From assembly GCA_001642005.1 (NCBI GenBank), contig LWCA01000304.1:1-33392 (forward strand): DNA of 33,392 nucleotides, in the 5' to 3' direction. Below, in pieces: positions 1 through 10,700 of the stretch; the stretch's first letter is position 1, and each line of letters starts with the position of its first letter. The stretch comes from Intoshia linei (Eukaryota; Animalia; Orthonectida). The notes under the pieces were generated by a model. The model searched no databases, had not been told where the DNA came from, and saw only the letters and a program-made list of their open reading frames with translations. Both the position numbers and the translations under genes were made by a program.

Positions 1-2098
1 ACATTGAATCAATCATTTTTTATATTTCTTACGTGTTATTGAAATGTAATATATTTTATAATTAGATGATATTTAAATAGTAAATGATTTGTGTTAAATT
101 ATGATATATATTATAGTTTAATTTAATTGATGTCTTATATTTTATGTCAATTGTGTGTCACATTATTTAAATAATATTTTATATTTTTTATGTTATGATG
201 GTTTCTTTTCTAACAGCCTTTCTGTATTCTGTTTGTGTTATATTTGTATTACATGTTTTGTGTTGCCATTTTTCACACGTTTCACATTGAACAGTTTCCA
301 AAATACTTGAAATTTCATAATTATTGAATAACTTTAAATGTTTTGATTGTTCTTTTTTTCATATTTAACTAATCTAATTAAAGTACTCATAATTGTTCAA
401 ATTTTTGAATAAATGCGGCACGCGCACTACTTTAAAAAGTTTTTTGATGTTTAACATTTCTATGAATTGTGGGCTGAAAGTTTTAATTATCGACGTTATG
501 AAAGATTAAAAAAAACTTTTGTTATAACGTGTTATTGATGTGACAGGCATGTTGTTTTAAAAAAGTGAACATGCTATAATCTGAGTTTTCAATTTTGCGT
601 TTTATCAAATTAAGTTTTTGAACGAATCCTTTGACATTACTAAACATTGAATCAATTATTGTTTATATTACTTACGTGTTATTGAAATGTAATATATCTT
701 ATAATTGGATGATATTTAAATAGTAAATGATTTGTTTTAAATTATGATATATATTATAGTTTAATTTAATTGATGTCTTATATTTTATATCAATTGTGTG
801 TCACATATTATTTAAATAATTGTTTATATTTCTTATGCCATGATGGTTTCTTTTTTAACAGCCCTTATGTATTCTGCTTGTGCTATATTGGTATTATATG
901 TTCTGTGTTACTATCTTTCACATGTTTCACATTGAACAGTTTGCAAAATACTCGACATTTCATAGTTGTTGAATAACTTTAATAGTTTTGATTATTCTTT
1001 TTTTCATATCTAACTAATCTAATCAAAATATTCATAATCGTCAAAATTTTTCAATAAATGCGGGACGCGCACTACTTTAAAAAGTTTGCTGATGTTTAAA
1101 AAGTCTATGAATCGTTGGTTGAAAGTTTTAATTATTGACGTTATGACAGATAAAAACTCTATTTTTAATTTGTAATTGATGTGACAGGCATGTTGTTTTA
1201 AAAAAGTGAACATGCTATATTTGCGTTTGATCAATTTAAGTTTTTAAACGAATCTTTTGACATTACTTAATATTTAATTAATCATTTTTTATATTTCTTA
1301 CGTGTTATTGAAATGTAATAATTTTATAATTGGATGATATTTAAATAGTAAATGATTTGTGTTAAGTTATGATATGTATTATAGTTTAATTTAATTGATG
1401 TCTTATATTTTATATTAAATGTGTGTCACATATTATTTAAATAATTTTTTTTATTTTGTATGCCATGATAGTTTATTCTCTAACAGCTTTTCTGTATTCT
1501 GCTTGTGTTATATTGGTATTACATGTTCTGTGTTGCCATCTTTCACACGTTTTACATTGAACGGTTTGACTAATACTCGACTGTTTATAATTGTTGAATA
1601 ATGTTAAATGTTTTGATTATTTTTTTTTTCATATATAATTAATCCAATTAAATTACTCTTAATTGTTTAAATTTTTTAATAAATGCGGGACGCGCACTAC
1701 TTTAAAAAGTTTTTTGATCTTTAAGAAGTCTATGAATTGTGGGCTGAAAGTTTTAATTATCGACTTTATGAAAGATAAAATCTATTGTTATAACGTGTTA
1801 TTGATGTGTCAAGTTTGTTGTTTTAAACAAGTGAACATGCTATAATCTGAGTTTTTAATTTTGCGTTTGATCAAATTAAGTTTTTGAACGAATATTTTGA
1901 CACTACTAAACATTGAATTAATTATTTTTTATATTTTTTACGTGTTATTGAAATGTAATATATCTTATAAATGAATGATATTTAAATAGTAAATAATTTG
2001 TGTTAAATTATGATATGTATTATATTTTAATTTTATAGATGTCTTATATTTTATATCAAATGTGTGTCACATATTATTTAAATAATTTTTTATATTTT

Positions 2099-2224
2099 TT
2101 ATGCCATGATGGTTTTTTTTCTAACAGCCTTTCTGTATTTTGCTGGTGTTATATTGGTATTACATGTTCTGTGTTTCCATCTTTCACACGTTTCACATTG
2201 AACAGTTTCCAAAATACTCGACAT
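2099..2224 (-). pseudogene. 41-aa half-PHD-finger ORF inside the repeat unit (copy 4; also open in copy 5 at 2744-2869; disrupted in copies 1-3)
   Basis: Translates to MSSILETVQCETCERWKHRTCNTNITPAKYRKAVRKKTIMA*. Copy 3 reads QTVQCKTCERWQHRTCNTNITQAEYRKAVRE*. The C-x2-C-x2-W-x-H-x2-C spacing matches the central PHD ligands and resembles TE-associated invertebrate PHD domains. Confidence 0.65.
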
Positions 2225-2435
2225 TTTATAATTATTGAATAACTTTAAATGTTTTGATTATTCTTTTGTTTATATTTAACTGATTTAATTAAAATACTCA
2301 TAATTGTCCAAATTTTTCAATAAATGCGGCACGCGCACTACTTTAAAAAGTTTTGTGATGTTTAACATTTATATGAATGGTGGGCTGAAAGTTTTAATTA
2401 TCGACGTTATGAAAGATTTAAAAAAACTTTTGTTA

Positions 2436-2612
2436 TAACGTGTTATTGATGTGACAGGCAGTTTGTTTTAAAAAAGTGAACATGCTATAATCTGAGTTTT
2501 TAATCTTGCGTTTGATCAAATTAAGTTGTTGAACGAATCCTTTGACACTACTAAACATTGAATCAATTATTGTTTATATTACTTACGGGTTATTGAAATG
2601 TAATATATCTTA
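2436..2612 (-). pseudogene. hAT (Charlie/SPIN/GTF2IRD2-type) transposase fragment inside the repeat unit
   Basis: The minus strand reads DILHFNN..TIIDSMFSSVKGFVQQLNLIKRKIKNSDYSMFTFLKQ with in-frame stops. This resembles the DI..HLN.LN..LQG....I..M...VK.F..KL.L.......N...FP.L block of Charlie-type transposases (recognised by eye). Confidence 0.5.
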
Positions 2613-4074
2613 TAATTGGATGATATTTAAATAGTAAATGATTTGTTTTAAATTATGATATATATTATAGTTTAATTTAATTGATGTCTTATATTTTATA
2701 TCAATTGTGTGTCACATATTATTTAAATAATTGTTTATATTTCTTATGCCATGATGGTTTCTTTTCTAACATCCTTTCTGTATTCTGTTTGTGTTATATT
2801 TGTATTACATGTTTTGTGTTGCCATTTTTCACACGTTTCACATTGAACAGTTTCCAAAATACTTGACATTTCATAATTGTTGAATAACTTTAAATGTTTT
2901 GATTATTTTTTTTATTATATCTAACTAATTTAATCAAAATACTCATAATCGTCCAAATTTTTAAATAAATGCGGGACGCGCACTACTTTAAAAAGTTTGT
3001 TATTTATAAGAAGTCTATGAATTGTGGGCTGAAAGTTTTAATTATTGACGTTATGAAAGATAAAAACTCTTGTTATAACGATCATATTACACTCATATCT
3101 GAAATTGGTACGTTTTGAAGGCATATAACTAATTTAATCAATTGTGTTTAGCTAAATCTCATATACAATGATTTTATTCAATAATATTAAAAAAATAATT
3201 TTCAAAACGTTTTCCAGCAATTTGCCCGATCAACACTTTTAGTAATGTACATTTTTTTTTATTAGAAATTTTTGGATCATCTGGTATTGTTAATACTAAA
3301 ACGTTTTTAAATCGGTAATCCATACATGCGGATTGCTAGTGTATTTTCCATCATCCGATATTTGGAATTAATTTTTTCGATACGATATAAAAATTTCTTT
3401 TATTTTTTTATTGAATATTTAACTTATGAATTATTTTTATTATTTATACAGACTATAATAATTTATAGTCTGCTTAATTTCAATGTCACTATCTACATTT
3501 GCTAATTTTGCATCTGTTTGCATCGTACAAATTATTTTATTTTGTATTATAGCATTACTAGCAGTGATGGTATTAAAAGATATATCTTTATTCACATTTA
3601 TTAAGAAAAGTTTTTTTGTCTCAACATACAGATAAAATTCACATATAACTTACATTCATAAGTAGCATAAATGTGTTGCTCAATCTTGTATATTTCGTGT
3701 TTTTTAATATCAGTATCATTTATATTCTTAAGTTTTTTAAGTTTATATTTACACATGTTATTAGCTTTAATTACAGCATTTTTTATACTTGCTATAAACG
3801 TTTGTAAATGATTCAAATACTCTTGAATGAACTCTGACGTTATTTAACACAAATTAATGTTAGGTTTATTATTATTATACTTTCTAACAACTTTTAATTT
3901 TCACAAAATGATGTTGTGTACTCAGTCAGTACTTGTGTTATCACCTGTCGAATAGTATTAGGATTTTTTTGGTACATTAAGTGATTAATGTAATTGTATA
4001 TCATGCTTTCATATTGTCTAAAATTAAATGGTTGGTCACCAGTAGTTTTTAAACTTTTGTTATTTTGATTTATG

Positions 4075-4480
4075 TTATATTATTTTATTATGTGGAGATA
4101 ATTTTAATATATCAACGCAAACGAGGTAAGAGACTGAAGGTTTATTTGATAAGTCTAAATATATTATAAATACTGTACCTATCAGAAAATTAGCAAATTT
4201 TTTACTATTTGACGAAGTTTGATCAACAATCATAAAGAATTCTTTTCCCTCAAATAAGACATTATATACATCATTTATATTTATTTTGTAGAGCTTTTTT
4301 TCAAAATGCCGCATTGTTGATTCTGACGGAAGGGTGAATTTCATGTAGTTAAATAATTTGTTAACGTATTGATTTTTTAATTTACTGAATGGAACATCAG
4401 CTGATAGGAACGCTTTGCCTAAAATCACCACCCACGTTTTGTTTAGTGATTGGTTCAGTGGAATTAGCAATTTGTGATAT
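4075..4480 (-). mobile_element. Degenerate hAT-superfamily (CGGBP1-like) transposase fragment
   Basis: ORF 4075-4470 contains KAFLSADVPFSKLKNQYVNKLF...LPSESTMR...FFMIVDQTS...FANFLIG. This matches the AF.SA.IP..KL.N / LPS.ST.R / IVDE.T motifs of hAT/CGGBP1-like transposases, and the frame is truncated. Confidence 0.75.
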
Positions 4481-4764
4481 AGCCTTCAAGTGAGAATTGA
4501 TTTTGAACGATTTTTTACTACATACTTTTTTGTTGCAAAATCTACCAAAAAGGTTAAAATCCGGTAAAATCAAAAACATTCATGGCATTAGTTGCGACTT
4601 GAATACGTTTCTTGGGATTCGATTTTTTCAAAAATATGATATCGGACTCCGATATTTTCCATAATGTAAATTAGAAACTAGTTATATTACGCGGTCAACA
4701 TTTAAATGATGATAAATTTTAAATTATACAGTGCATTTAGAATATTAATTTCAATTTTTGTCCA

Positions 4765-5015
4765 TCTATTCAATTTTTCTTAGTGTTTTGGTAAACTCTT
4801 GAACATCTAAAAATAGATTTGGTTTATTTTTATTCAATGTCAACTCCAATATTCATTTAAGAGCACTTTGATGTGCGAAATAAACTGTAGATCCAAACAA
4901 CATTGACCAATTATGCTCAAATTTTCCGCTACATAGGCAAATAATATCTAGTCGTTCATTTCCATAGTTGATAACATTTTTATTTGCATCTTCACTGCTA
5001 AAACCCTTTTTCTGG
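4765..5015 (-). mobile_element. Possible very degenerate Ty3/Gypsy RNase H relic
   Basis: The minus strand reads GFSSEDANKNVINYGNERLDIICLCSGKFEHNWSMLFGSTVYFAHQSALK*IL, loosely like Y.S..L...E.NY...E.E.LAI......F..YL.G...VYTDH..LKWI. The match is weak. Confidence 0.3.
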
Positions 5016-5595
5016 TCAAAATAAATTGTTATGAATCATGATCACAGCGTTCGGAAATCTACTTGTACGCTGGTACACAAAATATGGCAACATTTTTTTG
5101 CTTTTAATTCATGCTTCTTTTTTCCAATATCTTTCTATTTTCAATTGATACACACATTTCTATAAATTAAATACATTTGTATTTATTCACATTACTATTC
5201 AATTTGATATCAGGTGCACCCATAAACATTATTATTCATTTGTGGTTCTCCAATTTTTCACTAATATCTCTTATTTTGTTGAATTGATTTCATCTTTAAC
5301 AGAAACTATGATACTATTACCGAGGTTCAGACCTTTCATATTAACTTTAGGTGAATTTTTTGTGTAATCTCGGATTTCTATACCATCTGAGTCAACAGCA
5401 CCCATAATACGCTAAATGCCAAGAGATATGGTTGAACCAATAATTATTACTACTTCCATCTCCTTTAACACTTAAACACACCATTTCGTACTCATAACGA
5501 GTTCTATTTCTACAACCAAAATTAAAATAAGTTTATTATTTACATATTTTTTTGCTGCGTTTACGTCGGTTGACACTACAGCTGGTGGAATTTTG

Positions 5596-5757
5596 CTACA
5601 CTGTTCCTCCACCTTTGTCTATTATTAGTTTGGTTTTTGTTGTGCAGAGGGCGGCCATCTTGTATTGTTGCATGTCGTTGGCGATATCTGTGATCTTTTT
5701 AAACGTTCCAGTTTGTAGGTTTAAAGTTCCAAATCTTATTTGATGTTTTGGAGCCAT
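5596..5757 (-). mobile_element. Non-LTR retrotransposon (LINE) AP-endonuclease N-terminal relic
   Basis: MAPKHQIRFGTLNLQTGTFKKITDIANDMQQYKMAALCTTKTK resembles APE motif I/II (lRiGTwNvrT...ia.em.rykldilgisETr). The catalytic E is mutated and the ORF stops early. Confidence 0.6.
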
Positions 5758-6639
5758 TTTGAGATGATTAAATAAACAATTAAACCAGTAGCAAATTTCC
5801 ACGATTTTGGCTTTCCTTTTTGAAACAAAAAAAGTCAACTGTTGCCAAACTAATCGTCCGCTTGTTTAACCTTTAACCCCTTTAACTTTTAATTCTAATT
5901 ACAAAATTGTGAACACTAAAAAAATTGATTATCTTTTTGAATCTATCACATCTATTTATCTACAATCTATCACTGTCACACCGCATGGCTTATTTAGTTA
6001 CTTAGTGACCGAACCCGAGAGGTAATGGTCTTCACAGTGAGGTAATGACCAGGATTGTATACATTAATTCCACCATTTGGGATATACAATAATGCCGTTT
6101 GTTTAACATAGATTTCAGCATCACTGGATTACATAAACTGTAATTTTTGTCGGCATTAGACTTTCCAGTATTAGGAATATATTTATATATGGTACTAAAC
6201 ATAATTAGCTTCTAAACTTATCTTATAGTTGGACTGGTTGATTAAAACTCTGTTTTAGTTACTTTAATTCTTATCGAAAATCTCGTCTTTATATTTTACT
6301 AACTGTTTGCTTTTAATCCTTTCACCTTATTTCTCATTATTGATTTAACTTTCTTACCATGTGACAACACACTGTTCTAATTTGTTATGCACAATGTGTG
6401 AATATGTGCATTGCATATATAAAAAATACTTGTAAAATTCGTTCGTAATTATTAGAAATGCGCGAATATGGCACTTTCTGGCAACTCTGCATAGTACCCG
6501 TAAAATTATAGTTAATTTAACAATTTACAAAAAATATATAACTTATTTATTAATTTTACATTTTACAAAGATAAATAAATGATCAACATTATTATAATAA
6601 TTATATCAATTTATTTTTTCTTTCTTTAGTAGAACCAAA

Positions 6640-7692
6640 GTAATCAGTTATTTTTGATGATCAATGACAATTTTTCAGACTTTAGTTTCTCCATTAAAGT
6701 CCATGCACTGGTAATTTTAATCATGTGTCTTGATAGAAACGTTTGCAACCATCCATTTGAAGCCTTAAAATTATCCACATTGAATTGGTCGGCTAATTGT
6801 AAAGCTTTATTCTGCAATATGTTACCACTAATGGTTATATTCCTGGTTCTTTGCCTTCGAAAATCATTCGTATAATATCGAATCAATTTGGTGTGTTTTT
6901 TTTAAGAACAGGTTTTCTCTTTTGGCTCGCATTCTCATTATTATTTAAAATACGTTCACGATTTGATAATAACACTGGTTAACAGTAAAAATTTTATTGG
7001 GACTTGATATGCCGTTTATTTGCCTTTCTTTTTTTTATATTTAATGGCAGAGCTTTCGCCTTTCGAGGTACAATACACCCATCGATATTTAATCGTATTC
7101 CTATACCGATGGAATGTTTACCCTAAAAGGAACACGTACACTTCGAAAACTTTCAATTATTACGATTTAACGATACTTTCTAAACAATTTAAACATTTTC
7201 TCATATTGAAAAAATTTTCAAATCTGTTTTGATTTATTGAATCCACATATTGACTGACTTGGTCCTCGGTCAAGTCAACATTATTTCCAGTTGGTACATA
7301 ATACTAATTATGTGACATAATAATAGTCTTTCGTTTTTGAACCCATTGATACGCATCTGTCCAATTTTTAGTAGTCAATCATGAAGTCATTTTGAAATGT
7401 GCTATTTGCTATTTGTTATTAAAAAAATTTAAAGTATTCATTTTGAAATTTGCAATAAAAATTGTGTGTAAACTGTTATTATTTTTTGAAAAAGAGGGCC
7501 CAAAAAAAAATTTCACGCTTCGCTCAAAACTCAGGATTAAGAATAATTAATGTTGGCAACCCTGTTCAAGTAGTAGAATGTTCACGATTCATTTACTTTT
7601 TTCATAGTAAATTATAACAAATTTTTTGTTGTTGTTCATTAATGGATAAGTTCACGTTATAAAGGGTTCATATTATAGAGGGTTGACGATAT
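6640..7692 (-). mobile_element. Degenerate Tigger/pogo DNA transposon (CENP-B-type HTH relic plus terminal repeat), interrupted by later insertions
   Basis: 6644-6960 reads IDSILYE*F / RQRTRNITISGNILQNKALQLADQFNVDNFKASNGWLQTFLSRHMI, the HTH_Tnp_Tc5 signature F.AS.GWL..F..RH. 7650-7692 (GTTCACGTTATAAAGGGTTCATATTATAGAGGGTTGACGATATA) resembles a pogo-type end with repeated GTTC..TTATA.AGG subunits. Confidence 0.75.
7005..7378 (-). mobile_element. Mutator-like (MULE) transposase C-terminal relic with SWIM zinc finger
   Basis: Two frames on the minus strand: LTTKNWTDAYQWVQKRK..YYVPTGN...F and N*KFSKCTCSF*GKHSIGIGIRLNIDGCIVPRKAKALPLNIKKRK. These give a SWIM CxC..(C)KH motif followed by a P..AK..PL..KR tail. 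Confidence 0.65.
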
Positions 7693-7730
7693 AATTAAAG
7701 TATTATTTATTTTATTATAAAATTATTTAG

Positions 7731-10700
7731 AAAAATTTCAGATGACCGTGAAAACATATCCGATGTACCTGCTGTTTATTTTGTTAAACCTACACCAGAA
7801 AATATACAATTAATAGGAAAAGTAATTTAATAATTGTAATTGGTTAATTATTTTTAGGATTTTAGCAATAACTTGTACGAAAGCTATTATATTAATTTTA
7901 TCTCTACTATATCTAAAAGTCTTTTGGAATCTTTAGCAGAATTATCCATTAAACATAATGTTTTTGATAGTGTTAAAATGGTAAATTTATTATGAAGTAC
8001 AATGATTTCTTATTTTTTTAATTCTGTTTGAAATGTGTAAATGAACCCCATTATAATACTATGAGTATATATCTTAGCAGTATTTATACTTTTGCCACGC
8101 ATTTTATATAAATTGTATGTCAAAACATGTAATTTGTAAGTTCATTTTTATTTAAATTAATTTAATTAAAACGATGCTTGTAGTCTCTACCCCTGAGACT
8201 CTAATGATTATTATTATTCATATTATTTTTTGTATTTTATTATTCGGTAAAAATATAAAAGTCTTCTTTTGTAAGTAGACACTATTTCTACATTTCTAAT
8301 AAATTATTAACGAAATAGTCTAATTTACATGATAATGTTTAGGTTTATGATGAATATTGTTCATTTTGCACACTTTATGATGACTTAGTTGTGTTAAATA
8401 GCCAAGATTGTTGTACGGATAAAAGCACCTTTTATGGTTTGTGTTCAACTTTTTTATTTCATTCAGAGGTTTGAAATTATAAATTTATTTGTCTGTATTA
8501 ATTTTAATCAAAATATTTATGTGGTTTTGGAACATTTCAAATTGAATTAAATGTGTTTTACATGATATCCCTTTTTTTCGAAAAATGGTACAATTTTATA
8601 TTACTTTTTTGTCAGGTATAACATTTATTACATTTTGCTTCAGTTGAAGATATTTTTCATATAATCATTTACATAATACATATATTCATACATACATACA
8701 TGTATTTCAAATTTTTAATTTGAGTACCTCTGATTGGATGTGAATTTGTATATTAAATATTTATTTTTAATTTGTAAATTAAGTTTTAAATAGTCGAAGT
8801 GTGGATGAATCAGATATATCTGAAAAAATAACAAATATAACAGATTCCCTCTTTGATGCAATGGCGACATTGGGTAATTTAAAATTATATTCAAATTTTT
8901 ATTTTGTTTCAGGTATTAATCCATATATCCAATATTCCATGGGACATGCATCTGAAATGATTGCTAAAAGTTTGAATAAAAAATTGGAATCAGCTGTCAG
9001 AAATGATCGAAATGGTTTATTCAAGAATGTACAAATTTCTGCAAAGTAGCAGTTGTTATATATTTTTTTAAATGTTTAGTATACCCGTTCTAATTATCTT
9101 GGATAGGAATTTGGATATCACTTCTAGCATTCAACATAATTGGTGTTATGAATCTTTGGTTAACGATTTATTGGTATGCACTGTATTATGTATTTATTAA
9201 TTGTTTATTAATGTTAAAGTTTTTTTAAAGTATAAGAGAGATGTAATAGTTTTTAGTGTAATTTAATTATCATCTTTCATAGACGTACAAATTAAACAAA
9301 GTTTCATTTGTTGAAAAAGAAAATGATAAATTAATGGAATACAATTTACCTACAACGGATGAATTTTGGATGACTCACAAAAATAGGTAGTTCAATTATA
9401 ATTGTTAAATATTAATTAGTTGTTTCATTTTGAGATTTATTAATTTTTATAATTCTAATAGATTTTTTCCTTTGTTGGCTGAGTCAATACAAGTAGAACT
9501 GGATAAATACAAAACCGAAGAAGAAAAAATTAAAAATTTGAAAAACTCTTTGGTTATTTTTACATTAAAATTATAACATTAAGGAATTATTAATATATAA
9601 TTTAATTTTATTGATTTTTTAGATTTTACCTAATGATGCACTTTCTGATAAAACTACACATCTTACGACAGCCTTAAAGTAATTTTATCATCACGATGAT
9701 AATATGATAATGATCACTCACGTCCAATGATGATTTCCAAACTATATATTACATTTTTACACTCAGATATTGGATCAACGAATTATTTTATTAAGATTGC
9801 AAATATTTTTGACCAGTATATGTGTCTCTGAGATTAGCGACTAGTGTATCTCATTTTTTTAGTGTAATTTTGTTTTCTGTGAAAATTTCTATATTTTACA
9901 ATGGTTATTTCATTAAACTTTTTTTTAATGTTATTTCTACCCAATAATTCTTATTTAATTTGATGTGTCATGAATCATGATTTATATTTTCTTATTGTTT
10001 ATTTAAAATGTTTTAAAGTCTTATTTAGCACCCTTCCTCAGTTACTTGAAAAGAAACGTGTTGTTGATATGCACATGAATATTGCGACAGGACTATTGAG
10101 TCAAATTAAAGTAATACTAAAATAGTTATATTAATCTCATTAAGTCTATTTTTATTTGATGCGTTGTTCTCATTTTTTTTATAAAATCCTTCTCTGAATG
10201 ATTTGAAATTCTAAATTTCTTTAGAAAGGATCGTCAGCCTGTTGTACAAATCTAGTATTTGTATTCATCTCCTCTTGTAAAATGATATATTAAATCCAAT
10301 TTGTGTATTTCTATTTGAGATTTATTGCGACTGATAGAACGGTCATCGTTTAATAACACTAGACAACATACAATTTTACTTACAAAATATGAATATTAGA
10401 AAAGTTAGTATATTAAATTTGGAGCAGAATGATGTATCTTATTATCTCAATTGAGATCGTCAAAGTTGCTTAATTAGGCAATTAAAAGTTAACAATAAAA
10501 TAATAGTTTCAATTGAATATTTTTTTAATAAATTGATATTCACTTTAAAATGCATACATGTCATCTAATAAATATTAATATATTTTGCAATATATGTGGA
10601 AAATACATCATTAAATCCAAAAATAAATATCAAATAAAAAATTACTCTTAAAAATATAAAGATATATGTGATATAAACATGATTTGCGAATATATTTGGA

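Larger units (their letters stand above)
1..3080. repeat. Tandem array (satellite-like), about 4.8 copies of a ~626-645 bp unit; continues past the left edge
   Basis: Unit starts (ACATTGAATCAAT-like) at 1, 644, ~1270, 1910 and 2555. The landmark AATAAATGCGG(C/G)ACGCGCACTACTTTAAAAAG recurs near 408, 1053, 1678, 2319 and 2964. The near-identical plus-strand ORFs in the ORF track are copies of one another. Confidence 0.97.

Noticed and set aside
1730-1845. GLKVLIID motif in the repeat as the missing Sec1 N-terminus or a Helitron helicase C-terminus
   Set aside because: Only a short motif matches and the flanking conserved residues are absent; the opposite strand explains the unit better.
770-2866. 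Repeated Cys/Phe-rich plus-strand ORFs (MSYILYQ.CVTYYLNN...) as a membrane-peptide gene family
   Set aside because: They are the antisense reading of the PHD-like fragment in the tandem unit, and their starts and stops vary between copies.
1-3080. CRISPR-like array
   Set aside because: Whole ~640-bp units repeat with no unique spacers, and the context is eukaryotic.
3290-3830. Minus-strand open stretches (ORF 3601-3816; NPHVWITDLKTF, Gag-like)
   Set aside because: No recognisable domain or consistent splice chain; probably TE debris.
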